Positions 48,099 to 56,538 of a stretch of DNA of 64,000 nt are shown here, in pieces; positions within the stretch are counted from its first letter, which is position 1, and each line of letters begins with the position of its first letter. The stretch comes from an uncultured Chloroflexia bacterium (GTDB lineage Bacteria > Chloroflexota > Limnocylindria > Limnocylindrales > CSP1-4). The notes under the pieces were generated by a model, which ran no database searches, had not been told where the DNA came from, and saw only the letters and a program-made list of their open reading frames with translations. The position numbers and the translations under genes are program-made. The stretch covers positions 32,001-96,000 of the forward strand of contig CAWHDR010000001.1 of NCBI GenBank assembly GCA_963828165.1. Reading direction: 5' to 3'.

Positions 48099-48857
48099 AT
48101 GAGCTTCGACGTCGCCGCGGACGCGTACGACCGCTTCATGGGCAGGTACTCCATCGGGCTCGCACCGCAGATGGCCGATCTTGCCGGGGTCAGCAGCGGT
48201 CAGCGGGTGCTCGACGTCGGCTGCGGCCCGGGCGCGCTCACGACCGAGCTGGTGTCGCGCGTGGGGCCTGGTAGCGTCTCGGCGGTGGATCCCTCCGAGT
48301 CGTTCGTCGCGGCGGCGCGCGAGCGCAACCCGGGGGTCGAGGTGCTTCAGGCATCGGCCGAGCGACTGCCGTTCCCCGATCGGACCTTCGACGCGGCGCT
48401 GGCGCAACTCGTCGTCCATTTCATGGCCGATCCGGTCGCCGGGTTGACCGAGATGGCCCGAGTGACCCGGCCAGGTGGGGTCGTCGCCGCATGCGTCTGG
48501 GACCACGCCGGCGGCGGTGGACCGCTGGGCATCTTCTGGCGGGCGGTGCACGAACTCGACCCCGACGTTCACGACGAATCACGCCTCGCGGGCGCGCGCG
48601 AGGGTCATCTGGGGGAACTGTTCAAGGCGGCCGGATTGCGCGATATCCAGGAGAAGACCGTGTCGGCCACTCTGGAGCACCCGAGCTTCGAGGAGTGGTG
48701 GGAGCCATACACGCGCGGCGTCGGGCCGGCGGGCGCCTACGTCGCCGGCCTCGACCCGGAACAGCAGACCCGGCTGCGCGAGACCTGCCGCGGGCTGCTA
48801 CCCAGCGGCACATTCGTGATCTCGGCACGGGCGTGGGCAGCCCGCGGTCTTGTGTAG
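48099..48857 (+). CDS. Class I SAM-dependent methyltransferase
   Basis: YDRFMGR, VLDVGCGPG, LPFPD..FD, RVTRPGG. Confidence 0.9.
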   Translation: MSFDVAADAYDRFMGRYSIGLAPQMADLAGVSSGQRVLDVGCGPGALTTELVSRVGPGSVSAVDPSESFVAAARERNPGVEVLQASAERLPFPDRTFDAALAQLVVHFMADPVAGLTEMARVTRPGGVVAACVWDHAGGGGPLGIFWRAVHELDPDVHDESRLAGAREGHLGELFKAAGLRDIQEKTVSATLEHPSFEEWWEPYTRGVGPAGAYVAGLDPEQQTRLRETCRGLLPSGTFVISARAWAARGLV

Positions 48858-48864
48858 GTGGGGT

Positions 48865-49263
48865 TCAGGCCGGGTCGTCGCTCGGGGTCGTGACCCATTG
48901 GACGAGCTGGATCACGATCCCGTTCGGATCGGTCACCTGGAGGAACCGCTCGCCCCACGGCTCGGTCTGCAGCGGGGTCGTGATCTCGACGCCGCTGTCG
49001 ACCAGGCGCTCGTGGTCGGCGTCGATATCACGCACGACGAACACCACGAGCAGACCACCGGCGGGCCCCTTCTGGGCCTCGGGCTTGAACGTCGAGAGCC
49101 CCGTGCGCAGGAAGATGAGGTTGAAGCCCGCATCGGGCCGGCTGAGCGAGTGGAAGCCGTCCCCGCGCATCTCTGTGGTGAAGCCGAAGTGAGCGATCAC
49201 GAAGGCCGCCGAGGCGTCCGGGTCCGTCACATTGAGTGAGATGGCCGAGGCAGTGATCTCCAT
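48865..49263 (-). CDS. VOC/glyoxalase family protein
   Basis: SLNV.D..AS..F, FVV.DID, PWGERF...DPNG. Confidence 0.9.
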   Translation of the reverse strand: MEITASAISLNVTDPDASAAFVIAHFGFTTEMRGDGFHSLSRPDAGFNLIFLRTGLSTFKPEAQKGPAGGLLVVFVVRDIDADHERLVDSGVEITTPLQTEPWGERFLQVTDPNGIVIQLVQWVTTPSDDPA

Positions 49264-49293
49264 GGCCAGTTCTCTCCGTAGTAGCAAGCAACA

Positions 49294-49319
49294 GGCCCGA
49301 TCCGGGATCGGATCGGGCC
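49294..49319 (-). terminator. Hairpin terminator after tRNA-Glu
   Basis: GGCCCGATCC...GGATCGGGCC followed by TGTTGCTT on the minus strand. Confidence 0.6.
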
Positions 49320-49332
49320 GAACTGGCGATCG

Positions 49333-49409
49333 TGGTACCGCATACCGGATTCGAACCGGTGATCTCCGCCTTGAGAGGGCGGTGTCCTGGGCCTCTAGAC
49401 GAATGCGGC
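49333..49409 (-). tRNA. tRNA-Glu(CTC)
   Basis: GCCGCATTCGTCTAGAGGCCCAGGACACCGCCCT-CTC-AAGGCGGAGATCACCGGTTCGAATCCGGTATGCGGTACCA forms a cloverleaf with encoded CCA. Confidence 0.97.
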
Positions 49410-49488
49410 GCAGAGACGACGGCGGTGGACGCCGTCGCCGGGCCGAAGGATACCAGCGACCCCGCGAAGCCTCAACCGTCGGGGCGCC

Positions 49489-50379
49489 CTAGAGCCGATG
49501 CGTCTCGAGGAACAAGCGGATCGCCTCGGCGACCTGCTGGTGGCTCTGTTCGCCAGCCACCAGGCCGAAGTGCGAGTGCGCCCCGAACGGCTCGTACTCC
49601 GCGCCGAGCCACTCGGCCAGCCGCTCGGCCTCATCGAGGCTCACGGTGCGGTCGAGGCCGCCGGCGATCACCAAACGCGGAACCTGGGCGACGACCCGCC
49701 GATCGACGGGCACACCCGCCAGGACCTGTCGTCGAGCGGCCCCGGCCTCGTGCGGCTTCTGGCCGAGCAGGTGCTGGATCTTGAGGATGTCCGGCAGGGT
49801 CAGGTCGCGATCGTCACGCAGCAGCTTCTCGGGGAGGGTCTCCCAGCCGATGACGCTCCGGCCGTAGACCTCCGGGATCTCGCGCAGCTCATGCTGCCTG
49901 ACCGGCTGGCGAAGGTCCCGCGGCAGGCCCGGCGCGAGGAGGACGAGTCCCGAGATGGCGACGCGCTCCGCCGCCTTCAGCGCGAGTAGCGCGCCCATCC
50001 CGTGGCCGATCGCGACGGTCGTCGGGCCGAGTCGGTCCAGGGCCGCAACGACGTCTTCGGTGTAGGTATCGAACGAGAGCGTCGTCGGATCGGCGGTCTG
50101 CGACCAGTAGTGGTTCCGCAGGTTCAGGGCGTGACCTTCCCAGCCGCGGCCGGCGAAGTAGCCCAGGTAGCGCTCCCACAGCCACGAACCGGCGAGCTCG
50201 CCATGGATGAACATCAGCGGCTTGCGCCTCGAGCGCCGCTCGGGCAGCCACGACTCGATGTAGATGCCGCGGTCGTGCAGCTCGATCTCGTCCTTGCGCA
50301 CCGGCCGGCCATTGGGCGGTGGGAGGACAGCGCGTGCCAGGATCGGATCGGGGATCGTATCGGGCATCCGGTTCACCAC
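49489..50379 (-). CDS. Alpha/beta-fold hydrolase-like protein
   Basis: MFIHG, NLRNH, GGLD, SH. The elbow reads GHGMG (no Ser). Confidence 0.8.
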   Translation of the reverse strand: MVNRMPDTIPDPILARAVLPPPNGRPVRKDEIELHDRGIYIESWLPERRSRRKPLMFIHGELAGSWLWERYLGYFAGRGWEGHALNLRNHYWSQTADPTTLSFDTYTEDVVAALDRLGPTTVAIGHGMGALLALKAAERVAISGLVLLAPGLPRDLRQPVRQHELREIPEVYGRSVIGWETLPEKLLRDDRDLTLPDILKIQHLLGQKPHEAGAARRQVLAGVPVDRRVVAQVPRLVIAGGLDRTVSLDEAERLAEWLGAEYEPFGAHSHFGLVAGEQSHQQVAEAIRLFLETHRL

Positions 50380-51692
50380 TCGTGCGGGTTGATGACGAGG
50401 CCACTCAGGGCCTTCGGGTAGAAGTAGGTCGATTTCTGGGGCATGACATCGCCGGCCCGTGCGACCGCCAGGATCGACGCCACCGGGGTGCCTTCAAGCA
50501 GGAACGCCGCGTCCGCCTCGACCGAGTCGACCTCATCGATGGCTTCAGAGGCGGACTTCGTGTACCTGACCGCGCCGTTGGCGACGGCCGCCGCATCCAC
50601 GCCGAGCAGCTGTTCCAGCGCGACGCCCAGCAGCGACACGTCGAGCGAGCGGAGGGCCTCGCCACCGGGCGGCAACAGGTTCGCGAACGCCTCTCGTCGG
50701 GCCGTGAGCACGGCGCCGCCGTCCCTGGTCCACAGCCCGAACCGCCCCCGGCCTCCCGACTCCAGCCCGGCGTGCTCGAACGGCTCCACCAGCGCCGGGG
50801 CCGTATCGACCGGCTCGACGTCGAACAGCTCCCGGGCGCGATCGACCAGTAGCTCGCCGCCGTGGGTCACACCCGTCACGATCCGATGCGTCGGCAGGAC
50901 GGTCAGGGGCTCACCGGTCGCCTCGAGGAACAGCGTCAGCAGGTAGTCGAACGCCGGATCCTCTTCGCACGACCGGCTCATCCGCCGCTCGTCGCGGTAC
51001 TGGAGCGCGGTCTCATACCGATGGTGCCCGTCGGCGATGGTGACCGGGCCCCTCGCGGCTGCGGCGATGAGCGCGGCGGCGATCTCGGCCGGAGCGCCGT
51101 CGCCGTCGGCGGGCACCGCCCACAGGCGATGGTGGACGCCGTCGTCGTCGGTCGCATCGATATCGGCGGGACCAGCGGCCGCGAAGGCCAGTCGCTTGGC
51201 CGTGCCACCGAAATCGTCATCGAACAATGCGACGACCGGGCTCGTGTTGACGCCGGTCGCGCGGAGCAGCTTGTAGCGGTCCTCGCGCGGGCCCGCCAGC
51301 GTCCGCTCGTGCGGCAGGACACCAGAGTCCGGGCCGAAGGGTTCGAGCCGGAGGCGCGCAAAGAACCCGCGCTGTGTCCGCTCGACTTCGGTCCCGGGCA
51401 CCCGGTAGGTCTGCTCGTAGACGTACACCGACGGATGCGGATCCTTGCGCAGCGTCCCATCGGAGCGCCAGGCCGCGAGGGTCCGCGCCGCGCGCCGGTA
51501 GCGGTCCTCCGGTTCATCCCCCGGCTGTTCGACCGGCAGGTCGAGGCGAACCACGTTCGCCGGGTGGCGAGCCTCGAGCGTCGCCCGCAGGTCCGGCCCG
51601 ATCACGTCGTACGGCGGGGCAACCACGAGGCCCGGGTCGCCCACCACGGTTCGGTCAAAACGAAGCGCGCGGAATGGTCTGACCTCGGGCAC
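50373..51692 (-). CDS. DUF1015 family protein
   Basis: VRPFRALR, APPYDVI, PHE.T, IADGHHRY, MPQKSTYFYPK. Confidence 0.92.
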   Translation of the reverse strand: MPEVRPFRALRFDRTVVGDPGLVVAPPYDVIGPDLRATLEARHPANVVRLDLPVEQPGDEPEDRYRRAARTLAAWRSDGTLRKDPHPSVYVYEQTYRVPGTEVERTQRGFFARLRLEPFGPDSGVLPHERTLAGPREDRYKLLRATGVNTSPVVALFDDDFGGTAKRLAFAAAGPADIDATDDDGVHHRLWAVPADGDGAPAEIAAALIAAAARGPVTIADGHHRYETALQYRDERRMSRSCEEDPAFDYLLTLFLEATGEPLTVLPTHRIVTGVTHGGELLVDRARELFDVEPVDTAPALVEPFEHAGLESGGRGRFGLWTRDGGAVLTARREAFANLLPPGGEALRSLDVSLLGVALEQLLGVDAAAVANGAVRYTKSASEAIDEVDSVEADAAFLLEGTPVASILAVARAGDVMPQKSTYFYPKALSGLVINPHEW

Positions 51693-51884
51693 GGGCTCCT
51701 CGGGATGACGGCGGGCTGGCCGACGGGGCTTGGGACGCCTCCATCGTACGATAGGTCCCGCTTGGACCGCGACTGCCGAGGGCCGGGGCTCTTCGCCGTG
51801 AGCGGCCGGGCACCGAGCGCAACTTTCCGGGGGACCCGGGCGTCCTTGCTCCGATCCTCCCCGCCTTCCGTCATCGGAGTCTGC

Positions 51885-54347
51885 GTGCGTCATCCACGAT
51901 CGGCCCTGACCACCCGTCTCGTTCGCGCCGCCGTTGCGGTTGCGCTCGTGGCGGGCCTCGTCACGACCCCGGCACTGGCGGTCGAGGCTCCGGCCGGGCT
52001 GACCATCGAAGCGAACGTCCTGATGGACGGTCATGTCCGGGTCGGTTCCTGGATGGCGATCGACATCCACGTCGCCAACACCGGCCCGGCGATCAGCGGG
52101 GAGTTGCGGCTTGCAGGCGGCGCCCAGGGCCGGACCCGTTTCGGCACCCGGGTCGACCTGCCCACCCAGTCGGACAAGACCTATCGGCTGTATGCCCAGC
52201 CACCTGGCTTCGGCCGCGACCTCGAGATCAGCCTCGTCGACGGCAACCGGACCGTCGCCACGACCAAGGCGACGTTCACGGTGCACGACGCGACCCAGCT
52301 GGTCGTCGGCATCATCGCCGAGCAGCCGGGGGACATCGTCGGCGACCTCGATCTCCTGCCGAACCAGAACAGTGTGGCGCCCCTGACCGTTCCTCTGACC
52401 GTCGGGGAGCTACCCGTCCGGGTCGAGGCATGGGGCGTCCTGGACCGGCTGGTCTGGCAGGACACCGATTCCGCGGGCCTGACCACCGAACAGATCGCCG
52501 CGTTGCGGGGCTGGGTCGCGGGCGGGGGCCGGTTGGTCATCGTCGGCGGGACCGCCGGACCGGCCAGCCTTTCCGCCTTCCCGGACGTGCTACTGCCCTA
52601 CCGCCCGACGGCCACGATCGATGTAGAGCCCGAGGCGCTCGTCGCCCTGCTCGGGGAGCTGCCCGAGACCGCGACCGCCCTCCCGGCTCTGTCCGGTGAG
52701 CTCATCCAGGGCCGCGCGCTCGCCACATCCGGCGATGGAACCGTCGCGGCTGAGCGGGCCTACGGCAGCGGTTCGGTGACGATCGTCGGTTTCGACCCGA
52801 CGGCCTCGTGGATCGCCGGCACGAGCCAGGCCGAAGGCATGTGGCGCCGCCTCCTCCCGACTCGATCGAGCGGGGGCCCGATCATCGGCGACGACAGCCA
52901 GATCGTGTCGGCGGCGACGCAGATGCCGTCCCTCGCCCTCCCGCCGATCGGCGGGCTCATCGCCCTCCTGGGCGCCTACATCCTGCTGATCGGGCCGATC
53001 AACTACCTGGTGCTGCGCCGGCTGGACCGGCGCGAGTGGGCATGGATCACGATGCCGGTGCTGATCGTCGCGTTCGCAGCGGGCGCGTACGGCTTTGGCT
53101 CGCTGCTGCGTGGCAGCGATCTCATCGTCAACGAGGTCGCCATCGTGCGCGGGGCGCCGGGTACGACCGACGGAGCGGCCCAGATCTATCTCGGGGTCTT
53201 CTCGCCATCGCGCGGGACCTACCAGATGCGGGTGCCGGGCGGAGCGCTGCTCTCCTCGCCGACCGGGGGCGACTTCCTGGGCGGCGACGGCACGACCGCG
53301 ACGCTCGACGTTCTCCAGGGCGATCCCGCACAGGTCCGCGACCTCGGTGTCGGGTTCGGCTCCCTGCGAACCGTCCGTGCCGAAACCGCGGTCGCGGTTC
53401 CGCTCGTGCAGGCGGAGCTGAGGCTCGAGGACGGGCGCCTGAAGGGCACGGTCACCAACGCCTCGGACGAGGTCCTGCTCAAGCCGGTCGTCGTGCTGGG
53501 AGGCACCGTCGCCAAGCTCTCGGACCTGGCGCCGGGCGCCTCGGAGTCGATCGACGTGAAGCTCCAGGCCGTGCAGATGGGTCAACAGCTGTCGGACAGG
53601 ATCGTCGGCCCCGTGAACTACGGGGAATTCGGCCCGATCACCGAAGGGGTGTCTCGGTTGAACGCCCGCAACACCATCATCAACCAACTGACCTTCGACC
53701 CCGCGATGGGGTTCACCGGGCAGCTGCCGACGGACGGCCCGGTCGTCCTGGCCTGGGCAGATCGGGAGCTGCTCCCGGTCGAGATCGAAGGCGTGGCCCC
53801 GCGCCGGACGGGAAACGTCCTGTGGTTCCTGCCGACCGATCTCTCGGTCAGCGGCACGACGACGTTCCGCAACGACCTGATCCGCTCGACGGTGATCAAA
53901 TCGGACGCGGCGTTCTTCAGCAAGGATCCGTTCACGATCAACTTCGGGCGCGGCAGCGCCGAACTGTCGTACCGGCCCATCGCCTTCGACGGGACGCTCA
54001 CGGCCACCGAGCTGGCAATCGGAATGAACTTCGGCGACCCGGGCTTCACGCTGGACCCCAAGCTCATCGAACCGCTGCCCTCGATCCCCGCACCGTGCGA
54101 CGAGGTACAGGTCGAGAACTGCCAGGGGCCGAACTTCGACGGGCTGCCGGAGGTCGAGCTCTTCGACCTGTCCGACGCGGCCTGGAAGCGACTGCCACAC
54201 CTCGACGCCGGCACCCGGTTCGCGGTCGCCGAGCCCGCCCGCTACGTGGACCCGGCGACGGGAACCGTTCTGATCCGGCTCGTCAACGACAATAGCGATG
54301 GCGTCGGGTTCAGCCTGGACCTGTCGATCACGGGGGACGTGAAGTGA
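51885..54347 (+). CDS. Large exported/membrane protein of the MoxR-VWA-ABC cluster
   Basis: Signal peptide, GATase-like segment (AL.GWV..GG.LV), central TM pair YILLIGPINY.VLRRLDRREWAW.T.P. First gene of the operon. Confidence 0.8.
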   Translation: MRHPRSALTTRLVRAAVAVALVAGLVTTPALAVEAPAGLTIEANVLMDGHVRVGSWMAIDIHVANTGPAISGELRLAGGAQGRTRFGTRVDLPTQSDKTYRLYAQPPGFGRDLEISLVDGNRTVATTKATFTVHDATQLVVGIIAEQPGDIVGDLDLLPNQNSVAPLTVPLTVGELPVRVEAWGVLDRLVWQDTDSAGLTTEQIAALRGWVAGGGRLVIVGGTAGPASLSAFPDVLLPYRPTATIDVEPEALVALLGELPETATALPALSGELIQGRALATSGDGTVAAERAYGSGSVTIVGFDPTASWIAGTSQAEGMWRRLLPTRSSGGPIIGDDSQIVSAATQMPSLALPPIGGLIALLGAYILLIGPINYLVLRRLDRREWAWITMPVLIVAFAAGAYGFGSLLRGSDLIVNEVAIVRGAPGTTDGAAQIYLGVFSPSRGTYQMRVPGGALLSSPTGGDFLGGDGTTATLDVLQGDPAQVRDLGVGFGSLRTVRAETAVAVPLVQAELRLEDGRLKGTVTNASDEVLLKPVVVLGGTVAKLSDLAPGASESIDVKLQAVQMGQQLSDRIVGPVNYGEFGPITEGVSRLNARNTIINQLTFDPAMGFTGQLPTDGPVVLAWADRELLPVEIEGVAPRRTGNVLWFLPTDLSVSGTTTFRNDLIRSTVIKSDAAFFSKDPFTINFGRGSAELSYRPIAFDGTLTATELAIGMNFGDPGFTLDPKLIEPLPSIPAPCDEVQVENCQGPNFDGLPEVELFDLSDAAWKRLPHLDAGTRFAVAEPARYVDPATGTVLIRLVNDNSDGVGFSLDLSITGDVK

Positions 54348-55318
54348 CCGAGATCGTCCGGACCGAGGGTCTGGTCAAACGTTACGACGGCACGCTCGCG
54401 GTGGCGGGCATCGACCTGTCCGTGGAGCAGGGCGAGATCTTCGGCCTGGTCGGACCCAACGGCGCGGGCAAGACCACGACGCTGCGGATCCTGGCGACCC
54501 TGCTGTTGCCATCCGCGGGCACGGCCGAGATCGCCGGGATGTCGGTGACCCGGAACCCGGATCAGGTTCGCCGCGTCCTCGGGTTCATGCCCGACTCGTT
54601 CGGCGTCTACGACGACATGAAGGTATGGGAATACCTTGACTTCTTCGCGCGCTGCTACGGCATCGGTCCGGCAGACCGACGGCGCATGATCAACGATCTC
54701 CTGGAACTGGTGGACCTTGGTCGCAAGCGAGACGACTACGTCCAGACCCTCTCGCGCGGGATGCAGCAGCGCCTGTGCCTCGCGCACGCCCTGGTGCACG
54801 ACCCATTGGTCCTGCTGCTCGACGAGCCGGCCTCCGGACTCGACCCGCGCGCAAGGGTCGAGCTGCGCGAGCTGCTTCGGGAGCTGCGCAGCCTGGGCAA
54901 GACCATCCTGATCAGCAGCCACATCCTTCCCGAGCTCGAGGAACTGTGCACGAGCGTCGCGATCGTCGACCGCGGCCAGGTGCTGGCGCAGGGCCGCGTC
55001 GCCGACATCGAGCGGCGCCTTCGGTTCGGCGCCGTGCTGCGCGTCCGGCTGTTGCTCGAGGGCGAGGCCCTCGAAACCGCCCGTGACCGGTTCGCCCAGG
55101 ACGCCGACGTCGCGAGCGCCGTCCTGCTCGCGGATGGCACGATCGAGATCGGGTTCCGCGGCGACGACGCCGCCTCGGCACGACTCTTGAGCGAGTCGAT
55201 CGCAGCCGGGATGCCGATCGTGAGCTTCGCCAGAGCGGCGAGCGACCTCGAGGAGCTCTTCCTGCAGGTCACCTCGCCAGATCGCGAACCGCTGGAAGCG
55301 GTAGGAGCGAGCGCATGA
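54344..55318 (+). CDS. ABC transporter ATP-binding protein
   Basis: GPNGAGKTT, LSRGMQQRL, LLLDEPASGLDP, SSH. Confidence 0.93.
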   Translation: MTEIVRTEGLVKRYDGTLAVAGIDLSVEQGEIFGLVGPNGAGKTTTLRILATLLLPSAGTAEIAGMSVTRNPDQVRRVLGFMPDSFGVYDDMKVWEYLDFFARCYGIGPADRRRMINDLLELVDLGRKRDDYVQTLSRGMQQRLCLAHALVHDPLVLLLDEPASGLDPRARVELRELLRELRSLGKTILISSHILPELEELCTSVAIVDRGQVLAQGRVADIERRLRFGAVLRVRLLLEGEALETARDRFAQDADVASAVLLADGTIEIGFRGDDAASARLLSESIAAGMPIVSFARAASDLEELFLQVTSPDREPLEAVGASA

Positions 55319-56538
55319 CCGAGCTGACCGACACGGTCGACCTCACGCCCGCGACCGTCGTGCCCCGACCCAAGCGGTTCACCTCGTTCGCGCGGGCCGC
55401 CGGCGGCATCGCCGCGATCGGCGTGAAGGAGCTGCGTGGCCGGATGCGCGGCCGGCGGGCGTTCGCGATCATCACGATCTACCTGGTGCTGCTCGGTGGT
55501 TTCGCGCTCATGGCCGAGCGCCTCGTCGAGGCGAATGCGTCCAATGGCTTCGGCGGCACCTCCGCCTTCGCGAGCGCGCAGATCGGCCAGGGCATCTTCG
55601 CGGCGCTGCTCATGCTCATGACCCTCCAGGTCGTGTTCCTGGCTTCGTCTTCGACTGCTGGATCCATCAGCCTCGAGCGCGAGAAGCAGACGCTGGAGCT
55701 CCTGATCGCGACCCCGATCAGCTCCCTTGCGATCGTGGTCGGGAAGCTCCTGTCCGCGCTCGTGTACGTGTTCCTGCTGATCGCCGCATCGATCCCCCTG
55801 ATGGCCGTCGTGTTCGTCTATGGCGGCGTGGGACCGGAAGATGTCCTGCGCGGCTACATCGTCCTCGTGGCGACCTCGCTCGGACTCGGTTCGTTCGGGC
55901 TGCTGTGCTCCAGCCTCGTCAAACGGACGACGGCCGCGACCGCCATCACGATCTTCGGCGTGCTGGCCGTGACCATCGGGACGATCTTCGTGCTCGGCTT
56001 CTGGCAGGCAATCGGCCGCTCCGACGAGAACGGCAACCGCGAGGGCCTCTTCGGCATCCGCTCGCCGGTGATCCTGGCCTACCTCAACCCGTTCGTGGCC
56101 CAGGCCGATGTCATGTGCGGAACGGAGTCCACGTTCGGTGGCGGCTGGTGCAGCCTCGTCAGCGGCCTCGTACCGAGCAACGACGGCATCATCTTCACCG
56201 ACCAGCCGGTGCCCATGCCCGCGCCGGCAGTCATGCCCGACAAGGGGTTCGTCGACGGCGGTTTCGTCAACGGTGCGGGCCGCGTCATGTTCGCCGACGA
56301 GCAAATCGCCATCGAGCGCAAGTTGGTCGCAGTCCAGGATCAGCAGGCCGGCGTCGCGATCGATCCGGCCCAGGTCCAGCCGTTCGACGTCCAGCGCGAC
56401 TTCCTGTGGCCGAAGAGCGTCGTGACCTGGCTGATCCTGTCGGCCGTCTTCCTGCTGCTGTCCGTCCAGGCCGTCTCCCCGACGCGTCGCTGGCACATCC
56501 GCCGGCGCAAGCGCGTCACTCCGAGCCCCACCGAATGA
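55315..56538 (+). CDS. ABC-2 family permease
   Basis: KELRGRMRG, ISLEREKQTLELL..TP, GKL, and several TM segments. Confidence 0.9.
   Translation: MTELTDTVDLTPATVVPRPKRFTSFARAAGGIAAIGVKELRGRMRGRRAFAIITIYLVLLGGFALMAERLVEANASNGFGGTSAFASAQIGQGIFAALLMLMTLQVVFLASSSTAGSISLEREKQTLELLIATPISSLAIVVGKLLSALVYVFLLIAASIPLMAVVFVYGGVGPEDVLRGYIVLVATSLGLGSFGLLCSSLVKRTTAATAITIFGVLAVTIGTIFVLGFWQAIGRSDENGNREGLFGIRSPVILAYLNPFVAQADVMCGTESTFGGGWCSLVSGLVPSNDGIIFTDQPVPMPAPAVMPDKGFVDGGFVNGAGRVMFADEQIAIERKLVAVQDQQAGVAIDPAQVQPFDVQRDFLWPKSVVTWLILSAVFLLLSVQAVSPTRRWHIRRRKRVTPSPTE

Noticed and set aside
41250-49409. Genomic island at either tRNA
   Set aside because: No integrase, no duplicated tRNA 3' end noticed, and composition matches the flanks.
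50862-51884. N-terminal 341 aa of the 1161-aa ORF
   Set aside because: Most of it overlaps DUF1015 antisense. The real protein likely starts at the signal peptide near 51885.
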